DNA of 64,000 nucleotides, taken from Eledone cirrhosa. Lineage: Eukaryota. Positions 16,752-36,768 of the stretch are shown piece after piece. Both the position numbers and the translations under genes were made by a program. The stretch is from assembly GCA_964016885.1 (NCBI GenBank), contig OZ024747.1, positions 47,988,001 through 48,052,000 of the forward strand. The letters are read 5' to 3'. Positions within the stretch are counted from its first letter, which is position 1; each line of letters opens with the position of its first letter. The notes beneath the pieces were generated by a model. That model ran no database searches, was not told the origin of the DNA, and was given only the letters and a program-made list of their open reading frames with translations.

Positions 16752-16951
16752 NNNNNNNNNNNNNNNNNNNNNNNNNNNNNNNNNNNNNNNNNNNNNNNNN
16801 NNNNNNNNNNNNNNNNNNNNNNNNNNNNNNNNNNNNNNNNNNNNNNNNNNNNNNNNNNNNNNNNNNNNNNNNNNNNNNNNNNNNNNNNNNNNNNNNNNNN
16901 NNNNNNNNNNNNNNNNNNNNNNNNNNNNNNNNNNNNNNNNNNNNNNNNNNN
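16752..16951. other. Assembly gap (200 N)
   Basis: Run of n. Confidence 1.
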
Positions 16952-19900
16952 GCCGCTCCAGAAGTATGCTGATCTCGCGTGTGCTGCACCAACAAGAAGG
17001 CACGCACATGCCGACGAGATACAGATGGCAGCAGCAGAGCAGAAAAATTTTTTAATGATGGCAGAGAAGATTGTGGGACAGCTGACCTGGCTGCATCGTC
17101 TCCAGAGCCAGGGTCATCCACATCCACACCAGCACTCGAGACCACCACAGTTAAGGGACCCAGAGTGGCCGCCGCTGACACCAGACCAGGTGTCATACCG
17201 ACAGCCATTACTCGCACCCCAAAAGTCACACCAGTGCTGCTGCTGAATGTCAGAGGCCTGGTGAAACTCAGTAACATGAGTAAAATTTCCTACCTGTGAG
17301 ACTTAGCCATAAGCAATCAAGCACTATGCATGACACTAACCGAAACGCACCTGACAAGCAGTATAGCAGATGCAGAAATACATATACCGAAATATACTGT
17401 ATTTCGTTCGGACAGGAAGGAGAGAACTCATGGTGGGGTTGCTCTGTATATCCGTGAAGATGTCACACCAATTGTACTGTTGACACATTCAAACTCAGTC
17501 TGTGACACACTGATAGTACATATGAAGCAACTACAGACAGTAATATGTGTCACATATCGGCCGCCCGATGCCCCCAGTCATGAGGGTAAATTTGAGGATA
17601 GCCTAAGTAGGATAGAAGAGGTCCTTGACAAACTGGACCAGGGTCTCAACATTCTACTGCTGCGGGACTTCAACCTACTAAAGGTCAAATGGCCTGAAGG
17701 CCACCTCCTCCCTGGAATGACGTCAATAGAACAGAGACAGACGGAATCCCTGCTGGCCCTCACACACAGGCTGTTCATGGAGCAAGCAATACTCCTCCCA
17801 ACAAGAGGCGAAAATGTCCTGAACTTCTGTTTTACAAACAACGAAGTGCTCATCCACAATGTAAAGGTGACACCAACAATTCTCTCGGATCATAACTTAG
17901 TAGAGCTAATGATATGTGGTCCAAGAGAACCAACAGAGACAAAACCACCAAGAAGCTCCGGGACGTTATCCACCAGCCTTAACTTCTACAAGGCTAACTG
18001 GAAAAGATTAAGAGAGAAATCCGGAAGCAATCATGGAGTGAAAACACCACCACACAAGACACTAACACATAATTTCAACACTTCATGGCAACGATACACA
18101 CTATATGCAAAAAGTTTGTCCTGGAGAAAGAGGCAAACAGACACAAAAATCTTATTCCCAGAGATAGGAAAATCCTTATGAGACATAGAACTAAACTCTC
18201 AACCAGTTGAATAGTCAACAAAACAAAAACAAGAAGGAATCCTATTTGAAATGTGCATTACTTGGCACCGAGATTGCACTCAAGCTTTCCCATGAGAATG
18301 AGAGGGCAAAGAAAGAGAATAGGGCCATAGAAAACATTAAAACAAACCCCAAGGCCTTCTTTAAATTTGCAAAAGAAACTGCCTCAGTACACTGCAAGAT
18401 TGGTTTCATTAACCGAAAACCCCCAAGAGATATGTGAAATACTGAACGAACAGTACAAAAGTGTGTTCACATGTCCACTGAGGCACATGCAAATAACGAA
18501 GCCAGAGGAGTTCTTTGATGCCACAACACTACATGAAGAAATGGCAACCATCAACCACATAGACATAACGGAGGAGGATGTGGTGTACGCCATTGATGAA
18601 ATTAGAACAGACTTGCTGCTGGACCTGATGGATTCCCAGCAGTTCTCTTAAAAATATGTAAGCGGGCCTTAGCAACTCCACTGAAGATGCTCTTCAGAAG
18701 CTCCTTGGTTAGCGGTGTACTACCCAGGGAGGTGAAAGAAGGCACAATATGCCCTATCCATAAAGGAGGTAGCAGAGCGGAGGCCAAAAACTATAGGCCA
18801 GTCTCCCTGACGTCGCATATCAGTAAGGTCATGGAGCAAGTCGTCAGAAAGAAACTGATCACTTTCCTCAAGGAAAATGATCGCCTGACTAGCACGCAAC
18901 ATGGCTTCCGCCCAGGAAGAAGCTGCCTTACACAGCTGCTACATCACTACGACTGGGTACTGAGACAACTACTAGACAGCTCACATGTGGACGTGATATA
19001 TCTTGACTTTGCGAAGGCCTTTGATAAGGTCGACCACGGAATGATATGTCACAAACTACACGGACTCGGCATAACTGGAAAAGTAGGTGAGTGGCTGCAT
19101 GGCTTTCTAAGGAACAGAAGCCAGGTAGTCGCAGCAAATGGGGCCCTCTCAAAGGAAACACCAATAGCAAGTGGGGTGCCCCATGGGACAGTCCTGGGAC
19201 CACTACTGTTTTTGGTGGCTCTCTCAGACATGCCCTCTGTAGTACATACAACAACATCCCTCACTAGCTATGCTGATGACACTAAGGTAGCACAGGCAAT
19301 CAAAAACCCGGCTGACGCTGCCCTTTTACAGCAGGATCTGGATGCCATATACAAATGGGCGGAAGAAAACAACATGCAGTTTAATGCTGGCAAATTCCAA
19401 GCCCTACAATACAAACCTCCAACCAAACCTGCAAACACAAATATAGTGGAACACAACTACACAGGACCAGGAGGGACCGATATCCCTGTGTCAAAATCGA
19501 TACGAGACCTGGGCATAGACATGAGCGATGATGCATCTTTTTCTTCACACATCATGAAAGTGGCGACAATGTGCAGACGACTCGCTGGCTGGATCTTGAG
19601 GACTTCCCGGACAAGAGATCGAGACACCATGTTGACACTATGGAGGACATTTGTCCTAAGCCGCCTGGACTACTGCTCCCAGTTGTGGTCACACCATAGT
19701 GTCAAACTAACCACGGAACTTGAGGCAATCAGCGAAGCTACACCAAGAGGATTGCCAAGATGAGGGAGACAAGCTACTGGGAGTGGCTAAAGGAACTGAA
19801 CCTCTACTCCTTGGAGCGAAGACGGAAGAGATACGCAGTGATCTACATGTGGAAAATCCTGGAGGGACTAGCACCAAACTTTGGCATTGGGAGCGGGACC

Positions 19901-20266
19901 AACCGTCGAACAGGAGGTCACTGTGTGGTGCCAAAGGTCCCGTCTTCCACATCTAGAATAAGGAGCAGGTATTGCAATAGCCTGGGATTCAAGGGCCCTC
20001 AACTCTTCAACAAGCTGCCGAGGCATCTGCGAGACTTGCATGACGTGGAGGTGGATGTCTTCAAGAAACATCTCGACACCTTGTTATCCAGGATCCCGGA
20101 TGAGCCCACAGCAAGACACGAGGGAAACCTAAGGGCAGCAGCAACAAACTCCCTCTTACACCAGTGGCCAACCTATACAGGCTGGAGATAAAATGTGTAG
20201 CAACAAGGGCGGTGCCCCAGCATGGCCTCAGCCAGATGGCTGAATCAGGTAAAAGAGTAAAAGAGT
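16952..20266 (+). mobile_element. CR1-like LINE family 1, near full ORF2 (APE + RT) with frameshifts
   Basis: LLLNVRGL, TETHL, GGVALYI, YRPP, SDHN (endonuclease); NYRPVSLTS, QHGFRPGRS, LDFAKAFD, GVPHGTVLGP, YADD (RT); AAAAGAGT tail. Confidence 0.93.
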
Positions 20267-20274
20267 ATATACAC

Positions 20275-20305
<31 letters not shown>

Positions 20306-20372
20306 CACATATATATATATACACATATATATATATACACATATATATATATACACATATATATATATACAC

Positions 20373-20484
<112 letters not shown>

Positions 20485-20573
20485 CATATATATATATACA
20501 TATACATATATATATATACATATATATATATACATATATATATATACATATACATATATATATATACATATAC

Positions 20574-20618
<45 letters not shown>

Positions 20619-20792
20619 CATATATATATACATACATATACATACATACATATACATATATATATATACATATATATACATATATACATATATATATATA
20701 TATACATACATATATATATATACATATATATATACATATATATATATACATATATATATACACATATATATATACATATATATATATACATA

Positions 20793-20830
<38 letters not shown>

Positions 20831-20845
20831 CATATTTATATATAC

Positions 20846-20885
<40 letters not shown>

Positions 20886-20887
20886 AT

Positions 20888-23394
20888 AACGCCTACGACA
20901 GTAAAGAAGAACAGATAGAGACATTTAACGTAGAAGAGAACTGGGAGTTCCTAAAAAATAACTTACTAGAGGCGACGGATGAGGTTTGTGGCTGGAGTAA
21001 GACCTCAAGCAGGAGGAGAGTGACTTGGTGGTGGAACAATAAGGTAGATGAAGCAGTCAAGGCCAAGAGACAGGCATGGAAAGAATGGAAGAACGGGGGG
21101 AGCAGGGTACATTACATAGAGACCAAGAGGGAAGCTAGGCGACAAGTATACTTAGCTAGGAGGGAAGCAGAGGATAGAAAATTCAAGCATGTTTTACAAC
21201 GTGAGGACCAGAAACAGGAGGTATTCAAGATTGCGAGGCAGTGTGTCAGAGATAGTTGTGATGTCATTGGAGAGAAGTGTATCCGGAATGATAAAGGTGA
21301 GCTTGCCCTCACAAGTGCTGAGAAGAAAGATGCATGGAAGAGTCATTATGATAGATTACTAAATGAGGAGAATGCATGGGAAGAAGAGACCCTACCCCAC
21401 GTAGACCCTATAGAGGGACCAGCAGTACAAGTCAGCGGCAGCGTAGTAAGTAAGGCAATCAGAGATATGAAGATAGGGAAGGCAACCGGTCCATCGGGTA
21501 TAGCTGCCGAGATGCTGAAGGCATCTGGGTCTGTAGGTCACACTATAACCACACGTATCGTTAACCAGGTAATACTAGAGGGGGCCATACCAAAAGATTG
21601 GTGCAGTAGCATCATTGTCAACTGCTACAAAGGTAAAGGCGATGCACTAGATAGAGGAAACTATAGAGGTATAAAGTTGATGGACCAGGTCATGAAAGTA
21701 ACAGAAAGAGTTATAGCACAGCTGATTAGGGACCGGGTGAATATAGACGAGATGCAATTTGGGTTTGTTCCAGGGAAAGGCACCACTGATGCGCTCTTCC
21801 TTGTGAGGCAATTACAGGAAAAGTACCTAGCTAAAAGTAAGCCACTCTACCTGGCATTTGTCGACCTTGAGAAAGCCTTTGACAGAGTTCCACGTGCAGT
21901 AATCTGGTGGGCTCTTAGAAAACTAGGAGTAGATGAATGGCTTGTGAAAGCGGTACAAGCCATGTATAGGGGAGCAGTCAGCAAAGTTAGGATTGGCAAT
22001 GAGTATAGCGAGGAATTTAGCGTACAGGTTGGGGTCCACCAGGGCTCTGTTCTTAGCCCTCTCCTGTTCATCATAGTCCTGCAGGCAATAACGGAGGAGT
22101 TTAAGACCGGATGCCCATGGGAACTCCTGTATGCTGATGACCTCGCACTCATAGCTGAATCTATGGTAGAACTAGAGAATAAATTCCAAACCTGGAAGCA
22201 GGGACTAGAGAGAAAGGGCCTCAAAGTCAACATGACAAAGACTAAGGTCCTTATAAGTAGACGAGAAAACAGAACCCAGATCCCCTCAGGGAAATGGCCT
22301 TGCTCAGTATGTAGGAAAGGTGTAGGTAGGAACTCCATTCTTTGCCCCAAATGCAAACAATGGGTACACAAGAGATGTAGCGGGATCTCAGGAAGCTTAA
22401 TTAAGAATGTAGGATTCACATGCAGCAGCTGTGCTGAAACAGCAAGCAAACAGCCACAGGAAACAAGTACCACCAATCTCTGGGAGGGCCCTGTAGAAAC
22501 AGTAGACAGCTTCTGCTACCTAGGTGACCGAATTAGCAACGGAGGTGGGTGCTCAGAAAGTACAATAACTAGGGTAAGAACGGGATGGAAGAAGTTTAGG
22601 GAACTACTACCACTGCTAGCTGCAAAAGGCTTCTCCCTCAGAATGAAAGGCAGACTGTATGATGCGTGTATCCGAACAGCGATGTTGCATGGTAGTGAGA
22701 CCTGGGCGCTGAAGGTGGAAGACTTACGTAGATTAGAGAGAAACGAAGCCTGCATGCTCCGATGGATGTGTAACAGTAATATACGTGAACGACAAAGCAT
22801 AAATGAATTGAGAGAGAGACTGAGCATAAGAGGAATCAAATGCTGCGTGCAGGAGAGGCGGTTACGCTGGTATGGACATGTGATGCGTATGAAGGATGAC
22901 AGCTGCATAAAAAGGTGCAGAGCACTAGAAGTTGATGGAAACCGCGGAGTGGGGAGACCCAAGATGACTTGGGATGAGGTGATAAAAGCCGACCTTACCC
23001 AACTACACCTCTCAAAGTCAATGACACACGACCGTGACTTCTGGCGTCACGCAGTAATACAGGGTACCCGACCTCCCATGGGTACATGCTGAAGCATATA
23101 AACAATATGCCCCCCCCCCCCCACCGCAAGGTGGTCGTGGAGGTGCCACGGCAAAAAGCACCCAGCCCACACTGTAAAGTGGACGTGTAGGCGCCACGAA
23201 AAAAGCACCAGCACTCACTGTAAATGAGGTTGGTGTTAGGAAGGGCATCCAGCTGTAGAAATCAAGCCAGATCAGTTCCTGTATGAGCAAGGCATGGTCA
23301 GCCGACCAGACACTGCCCACAACAGGACAACCCGTCTAACCCATGCTAGCGTGGAAGAACGGACGTAAAACGGTGATGATGATGATGATGATGA
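20888..23394 (+). mobile_element. RTE LINE family A, 5'-truncated, RT frame open 20888-23092
   Basis: [42 protein letters not shown], internal PHD-like finger, ~300-bp 3' UTR and (GAT)n tail. Confidence 0.96.
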
Positions 23395-23418
23395 TATATA
23401 CATACATATATATACATA

Positions 23419-23600
<182 letters not shown>

Positions 23601-23605
23601 TATAT

Positions 23606-23925
23606 ACATCTAGAATAAGGAGCAGGTATTGCAATAGCCTGGGATTCAAGGGCCCTCAACTCTTCAACAAGCTGCCGAGGGATCTGAGAAACTTGCATGA
23701 CGTGGAGGTGGATGTCTTTAAGAAACATCTCGACACCTTGTTATCCAGGATCCTGGATGAGCCCACAGCAAGACACGACGGAAACCTAAGGGCAGCAGCA
23801 ACAAACTCCCTCTTACACCAGTGGCCAACCTATACAGGCTGGAGATAAAATGTGTAGCAACAAGGGCGGTGCCCCAGCATGGCCTCAGCCAGATGGCTGA
23901 AACAGGAAAAAGAGTAAAAGAGTAT
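23606..23925 (+). mobile_element. CR1-like family 1, 3' fragment
   Basis: Matches 19949-20266. Confidence 0.9.
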
Positions 23926-26460
<2,535 letters not shown>

Positions 26461-27650
26461 CGATAACGCCCTTAGTAAAGCAGGCTACCTCAACAAAATA
26501 GAGTACATAGATGGGAACAATCAAACACCCAAATAAATCCCACATAGGTAGATATAATAACACAACACCAAACCACACTTACTACCATAGTATGCACACC
26601 AGTAAACCAACAAACAAAACTAATAGAAAGCGATGCAAAGAGTACTTACGGTATAACCCCGAATACAATAGTTCCATTAGTACAAATTTACCAGTACTCT
26701 TCTTTAAAATAATTAAAAGACATTTTCCTACATCACACAAATACCACAAAATCCTAAACCCTACCACTATAAGACTGTCATACTCTACAGCGTTAAACCT
26801 TGAACAACACATAAAAAAGATCAATACTAGAAGGTTAAACGAAAACACTAAAAACTTAAGTACAAAGAACACAAAAAAACAGTAGACAATACACTACAGA
26901 ACATAAATAAACCACACCTAAGTTCGTCCGCAATACTACTCCAGAGAAAACCCAACGTACACAACTGTAACTGCACCTATCCTGACAACTGCCCCCTCGG
27001 CAATAACTGCCTGGAAAAAAATATTATTTATAAGTGTACCATTAAATCCGGAGGCAACGAGTGGTATTACGTGGGATCAACGGCAACATCGTTTAAATCT
27101 CGATTGTATAGGCATTCTTACTCAATAAAACACCAGAGCCAAAGAAATGTAACAACTTTAGCAGAAAAAGCTTGGACGCTCAGGGATAGCGATCAAAAGT
27201 TTACCCTAAAATGGGAGAAATTAGCTAAAACCCAAAGCTTTTCCAGGAGCCAAAATTTCTGCAAATTGTGTAATCTTGAGATTTATTACATAATCACACA
27301 CAAGAAGAAACTGCTGAATAACAGAATTGAACGAACATTATTCTGCCGTCACAGAACTAAAACCCTTTTTTCCCACTACAAGCCGAATATTACATAAAAG
27401 AGGGACATCCCCCAACTATATAAACCTTAATCTAGTTAGAAAAATATAAAAACAATCTCTTCTCAACATATATTAATAACCTTAAATTACCACACTAATA
27501 ATGGAAAGATATGCTGATGAGAATAGGTGCAAATATGCGATAATGAATGTGTCTAAAAACGTCCATAAGTATGTATATATATGTGAAAATGTATATAAAT
27601 AAGTAAATATATATACATGTTTGATGTAAGTGTATTCATGTATTAAAGTG

Positions 27651-27707
<57 letters not shown>

Positions 27708-28428
27708 GTATGTATATATGTGTATATAGATGTGTATATAGATGTGTATGTGTGTACACATGGACTAGAGTATGTATGTATATATGTGTGTGTCTATACG
27801 TGTGTATATAAAGATAAGTTGAGTATGAAAATGTATACACATGAGCGCGTATGTATGTACATGAATACATGTGTGTAGATATATATGTGTATGCATGTGT
27901 ATATATATGTAAGTATGAATATGTGAATTGTGAGTATATGTATTTTGTAGAGGTGTACAAATATATTTGTGTGTGAATGCGTGGGTGAAAGGATACGTAC
28001 ACTTGAAAGAAAAATTTAAGTCTGAATGTTAATTAAGTGCAAACACAAAACCAACCACGCATATCTTTACTATCTCTAATGCTTCTATAGATTTAGAAAA
28101 AAAAACAATAATATATTCTATAAAAATGTCAAAACAACAGATGGGAATCTAATTACTCACTGCCACCAAGAATTCTCACTGCTATCGAAAAACCACTCCT
28201 TCAACTATTCTTCTAACAACTTCACCCCTCCCTCCTAATATTCTCTATAAAAACTAAATAGGTCCTCAGTAATATTATTCTGATGAAATGACAGTAAATA
28301 ACAACATTGAAATATTGAATGTCTGCATAACTAAAAGTTTGTAGATAGCAGCTGTTTTAGGTTATGTAACTGTTATAGAAACACGTGTCAATAAATTCCT
28401 TTCAACTAAACTGTATCCATCAAATCTT
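26461..28428 (+). mobile_element. Penelope-like element, 5'-truncated: linker + GIY-YIG endonuclease (to 27397), 3' UTR and pLTR with HHR
   Basis: YNPEY..STNL..IKRHFP..IRLSYS, then CNC..CPLGNNCLEKNIIYKC..YYVGST..FKSRLYRH..CKLCNLE..LLNNRIE..CRH. Confidence 0.88.
28275..28394 (+). ncRNA. Type I hammerhead ribozyme motif with ~90-nt stem II
   Basis: uuauu-CUGAUGA(28280)-a augacagu...acuguuau a-GAAA(28378)-cacgug-UC-aauaa. Palindromic stem III, GUC triplet. Confidence 0.68.
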
Positions 28429-28451
28429 TCTATATATACATATATATATAC

Positions 28452-28502
<51 letters not shown>

Positions 28503-28710
28503 CATATATATATACATATATATATACATATATATACATATATATATACATATATATATATATATACATATATATATACATATATATATATATACATATA
28601 TATATACATATATATATATATATACATATATATATACATATATATATACATATATATATATATACATATATATATACATATATATATACATATATATATA
28701 TATACATATA

Positions 28711-30156
28711 TCATCATCATCATCATCATCATCATTTTACGTCCGCTTTTCCCTGCTTGCAAGGGTGGGACGGGTCTTATTCAGCACAGCATCTCTCCAC
28801 TCGTCACGGTCCCTCGTCATCTCCACCGTGAGCTTCAATGATCTGAGGTCTGTTCTCACCACCTCCGCCCATGTTTTTCGTGGTCTACCTCTACCACGTC
28901 TTCCTTCAACTGGCATTTCCTGGCACTTCTTCACCCATCGGTCATCCTCCATGCGCATCACATGTCCATACCACCTCAGTCTCCTCTCCCGTACACTACA
29001 TTCTATCCTCTCAGACACAGTTTCTCTCTCAACACATTTATGCTGGGTCGTTCACGCACATTTACACTGCACATCCAACGGAGCATGCTTGCCTCATTTC
29101 TCTCCAGCCGTCGCATATCTTCTGCGGTAGCTGCCCATGTCTCACTACCATGCAGCATCGCGCTCCTCACACAGGCATCATACAACCGGCCTTTCGTACG
29201 CAGGGAGAAACCCTTCTTCGTCAACAGAGGAAGCAGCTCCCTAAACTTCTTCCAACCCGTCCTTATTCTAGATACTATGGCCTCGGAACACCCTCCTCCC
29301 ATGCTAATCTGATCTCCTAGGTACAGGAAGCTATCCACCACTTCTATAGCGCCCTCTCGCATTTGAAAAATGTGTCTATCAGTGCGACTTCTACTGTCTA
29401 ATTTCCCTGTACATCTACTGCATACATATTTCTCCCTACCTGTTAGTTTGCCTGCTATCCCGCTACATCTCTTGTGTACCCAGGACCTACATTGTGTGCA
29501 TTTTATAGAATTTATGCCAGTTCCTTTTCTGCATATCGAACATGGCCATTTCCCTGACGGAATCAGGGTTTTGTCCTCTTTTCTACTCATCAACACTTTT
29601 GTCTTAGCTAGATTTACTCTCAGTCCTCTTGCTTCCAACTGCTGTTTCCATAGCCGGAATTTATTCTCTAGCTCCTCTACTGATTCTGCCATAAGAGCCA
29701 GATCGTCAGCATAGAGAAGTTCCCATGGACAGCCAGTCTTAAACTCCTCTGTTATGGCTTGGAGGACTATAATGAACAAGAGCGGGCTGAGGACCGAACC
29801 CTGATGTACTCCTACTTGTATCTGGAATTCCTCACTAAACTCCATTCCTACCCTGACTTTACTGAGAGTACCTCTGTACAAAGTTTGCACTGTCCTTACA
29901 AGCCATTCCTCAACACCCAGCTTCCTTAGGGACCACCAGATGACAGATCGGGGTACCCTATCAAAGGCCTTCTCTAGGTCAACAAAGGCTAAGTATAGTG
30001 GCTTATTCTTCTCTAAGAACCTCTCTTGCATTTGTCTCACCAAGAAGAGGGCATCTGTTGTACTCTTCCCAGGCACAAAACCAAACTGCATCTCATCTAG
30101 TTTGACCCTTTCTCTAATTAGTTGTGCTAGAATCCTTTCTGCCACTTTCATAACCT
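28711..30156 (-). mobile_element. RTE LINE family B, 5'-truncated
   Basis: ORF 29003-30151 has RT motifs and a PHD-like finger, one frameshift; the ORF runs straight into the (GAT)n tail. Confidence 0.94.
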
Positions 30157-30159
30157 TTC

Positions 30160-33311
<3,152 letters not shown>

Positions 33312-33312
<1 letters not shown>

Positions 33313-35600
33313 CATCATCATCATCATCATCATCAACGTTTAACGTCCGTGTTCCACGCTTGCATGGGTTTGGACGGGGGTAGTCCCACTTGAGGCAAGA
33401 GTGATTGTCTTGCTCGCATAGGACTGTCTGGCAGGTTTTCTACAGTTGGATGCCCTTCCTAACACCAACCACATTTACAGTGTGGGTCTGGGAGGTTTTT
33501 ACCGTGTTGCCTACACGGCCACATTACAGCGTGGACTGTGTGTTTTTTTGTCGTGACACCTACACGATCTCATTTGTTTCGGCCTCGATGGCGCGGCACC
33601 AACATAACTTTACATAGAACGGGGTGGTGTGGATCGGGTGGGGGTGGGGTGGTGGGACGGGGTGTATTTTGTTAGAGATGCCTACTGGCTGGAGTAGGTT
33701 TTACTATATATTTAGGTAAGCGGGTCTTCTCTGTTACTGAGTACCGCCAAAGGTCTCGGTCCAGTGACATTGTCTTGGAGAGGTGTAAGTGTGTGATGTC
33801 GGAGTTTATCAGCTCGTCCCAGGTTTTTCTAGGTCTGCCTATTCCGTGACTACCGTCTATCTTTATTGCCCTGCACTTTGTTATACAGCTATCGACTTTC
33901 ATGCGCATCACGTGTCCATACCAACATAGCCTTCTCTCGAGTAAACAACATCTGATCCCTCTTATCTCTAATTTATTCCTTAGTTCGTTTATGCTTTGCC
34001 GTTCACGTATATTACTGTTACACATCCAGCGGAGCATGCAAGCTTCGTTCCTCTCTAGTCTGCGTATATCCTCTGCACACAATGCCCAGGTCTCACTGCC
34101 ATGCAGCATTGCTGTTCGTATGCAGGCATCGTACAACCTGCCTTTCATTTTTAGTGAGAACCCTTTAGCAGCTAATAGTGGTATAAGCTCTCTGAACTTT
34201 TTCCAACCAGTTCTGACTCTAGCTACAGTACTTTCAGAGCACCCTCCCCCACTGCTGATTTTATCGCCCAGTAACGGAAGCTGTCCACTATTTCTATAGA
34301 ACCCTCTGCGCAATTGAAAGAGCTAGTAGTTTGTGGGCACTTGCTGCTACTTATTGCACCAGAGCACCGGCCACATGTAAAATCTATGTTCTTAGTTAGC
34401 TTACCTGTGATCCCACTACATCTTTTATGCACCCATACTTTGCATTTAGGACATAAAATGGAGTTTCTACCTACGCCTTTCCTACACACCGAGCACGACC
34501 ATTTCCCCGAAGGGACCGCCGCCTTGTTTTCTTTCCTACAAACTAGTACTTTGGTCTTAGCCAGGTTAATTTTAAGTCCTTTTGACTCTAGGCCGTGCTT
34601 CCATGTTTGGAATTTCTTCTCTAGCTCGGCCATTGATTCCGCTATGAGTGTCAGGTCGTCTGCGTATAGGAGTTCCCATGGGCAGCCTGTCTTGAACTCC
34701 TCTGTTATAGCCTGAAGGGCAATAATAAATAGTAGTGGACTGAGAACAGAGCCCTGATGGACGCCGACTTTTACGCTAAACTCTTCACTATATTCGTTGT
34801 TAATTCTAACCTTGCTGACTGTTTCTTTATACATGGCTTGTATAGCCCTCACAAGCCATTCGTCAACGCCTAGTTTTCTAAGAGCCCACCAGATAATGGA
34901 GCGGGGGACTCTGTCGAAGGCTTTCTCCAAGTCGACAAAAGCTAAGTAGAGGGGTTTACCTTTAGCTAGGTACTTCTCCTGTAGTTGTCGTACTATGAAA
35001 AGAGCGTCTGTGGTACTTTTGCCTGACACAAACCCGAACTGCATTTCATCTAGGTCAATTCTCTCTCTGATTAGTTGCGCTATTACTCTTTCCGTGACCT
35101 TCATGACCTGGTCGATTAATTTAATGCCTCTATAGTTACTCCTATCTAGGGCGTCTCCTTTACCCTTATAACAGTTAACGATGATGCTGCTATGCCAGTC
35201 CTTCGGAACAACCCGTTCTGTACGACTTGGTTAACTATGCGGGTGACCATGGTGTGTCCCACCGTGCCAGATGCCTTCAGCATCTCAGCAACTATTTCCG
35301 AAGGCCCAGCCGCCTTACCAGTCTTCATATCCTTGATTGCCTTACTTATTATACTCCCCTCGACTAACACTGCTGGTCCCTCTATTGGGTCGATATGGGG
35401 GAGACTGCCTTTCTCCCAATTATTCTCCTCATTTAGAAGCCTTTCATAGTGACACTTCCAAGCTACCTTCTTATCAGCGTCGGTGATGGCAAGTGTGCCA
35501 TCGTCGTTTAGTACACACTTCTCCCCGACAATATCACGGTTTTCCTTGACGCATTGCCTAGCAATCCTGAACACCTCACGTTTTTGGTCATCGCGTTGTA
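33312..35600 (-). mobile_element. RTE LINE family C, 5'-truncated, frameshifted
   Basis: ORFs 35146-35673, 34223-35104 and 33672-34313 carry RT motifs; long 3' UTR, (GAT)n tail. Confidence 0.94.
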
Positions 35601-35601
35601 G

Positions 35602-35687
<86 letters not shown>

Positions 35688-35690
<3 letters not shown>

Positions 35691-36598
35691 ATATAAGATC
35701 AAAAGATGGTTAAAGGAGTTCCATATATTTTATTATGCGCATTTCAAAAACAAACATCATCAAACAATAATATTTGTGTTTTCATCACATAAAACAGGAG
35801 AACATGTTATGAAGGCTAAAAAAACACTTGTTGATAGTGCAGTTTTAAATCAACATATGAAAAGTGGTTTTAGATTGATGTGTGATATTGGGAAAAATAT
35901 TTTATTTAGAGAGGGGGGGGAGAAAAGGATGAAAAGGGAAGGAGATGAGAGGGAGAGATGGGTGATAGAGAGAAAGAGATAGTTTTTATAACTGAGAGGA
36001 GATATATTTTATATAGAGGGGTTGAAAACCGTTGGAAGATACTGTATGAATTAAAAATTTTGAAAATTAACGAAGGGAGGATATGTGCGAGGAAAAAATA
36101 TTTTTTCCTCGCACATATCCTCCCTTCGTTAATTTTCAAAATTTTTAATTTATACAGTATCTTCCAACGGTTTTCAACCCCTCTATATAAAATATATCTC
36201 CTCTCAGTTATAAAAACTATCTCTTTCTCTCTATCACCCATCTCTCCCTCTCATCTCCTTCCCTTTTCATCCTTTTCTCCCCCCCCTCTCTAAATAAAAT
36301 ATTTTTCCCAATATCACACATCAATCTAAAACCACTTTTCATATGTTGATTTAAAACTGCACTATCAACAAGTGTTTTTTTAGCCTTCATATCATGTTCT
36401 CCTGTTTTATCTGATGAAAACACAAATATTATTGTTTGATGATGTTTGTTTTTGAAATGCGCATAATAAAATATATGGAACTCCTTTAACCATCTTTTGA
36501 TCTTATATTATGCATACTCCAGTCCCACAAACTGTAGAGTGCTTCTTATCCGATATCTGCATTGCTTTATTGTACTACAATAAAACTCACCTCCTACA
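35688..36598 (+). repeat. 824-bp spacerless palindrome (35688-36511) plus ~87-bp tail, copy 1
   Basis: Axis between 36099 and 36100 (ggaaaaaat|attttttcc); three arm mismatches found. Confidence 0.96.
36405..36471 (+). ncRNA. Type I hammerhead ribozyme motif
   Basis: uuuuau-CUGAUGA-aaac...uuuu-GAAA-ugcgca-UA-auaaaa. Predicted cleavage after 36465. Confidence 0.8.
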
Positions 36599-36600
36599 TA

Positions 36601-36652
<52 letters not shown>

Positions 36653-36685
36653 CATATATATATACATATATACATATATATATAC

Positions 36686-36720
<35 letters not shown>

Positions 36721-36733
36721 CATATATATATAC

Positions 36734-36768
<35 letters not shown>

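Noticed and set aside
27514-27590. CTGATGA downstream of the GIY-YIG ORF
   Set aside because: No compatible stem II, GAAA and NUH arrangement could be built.
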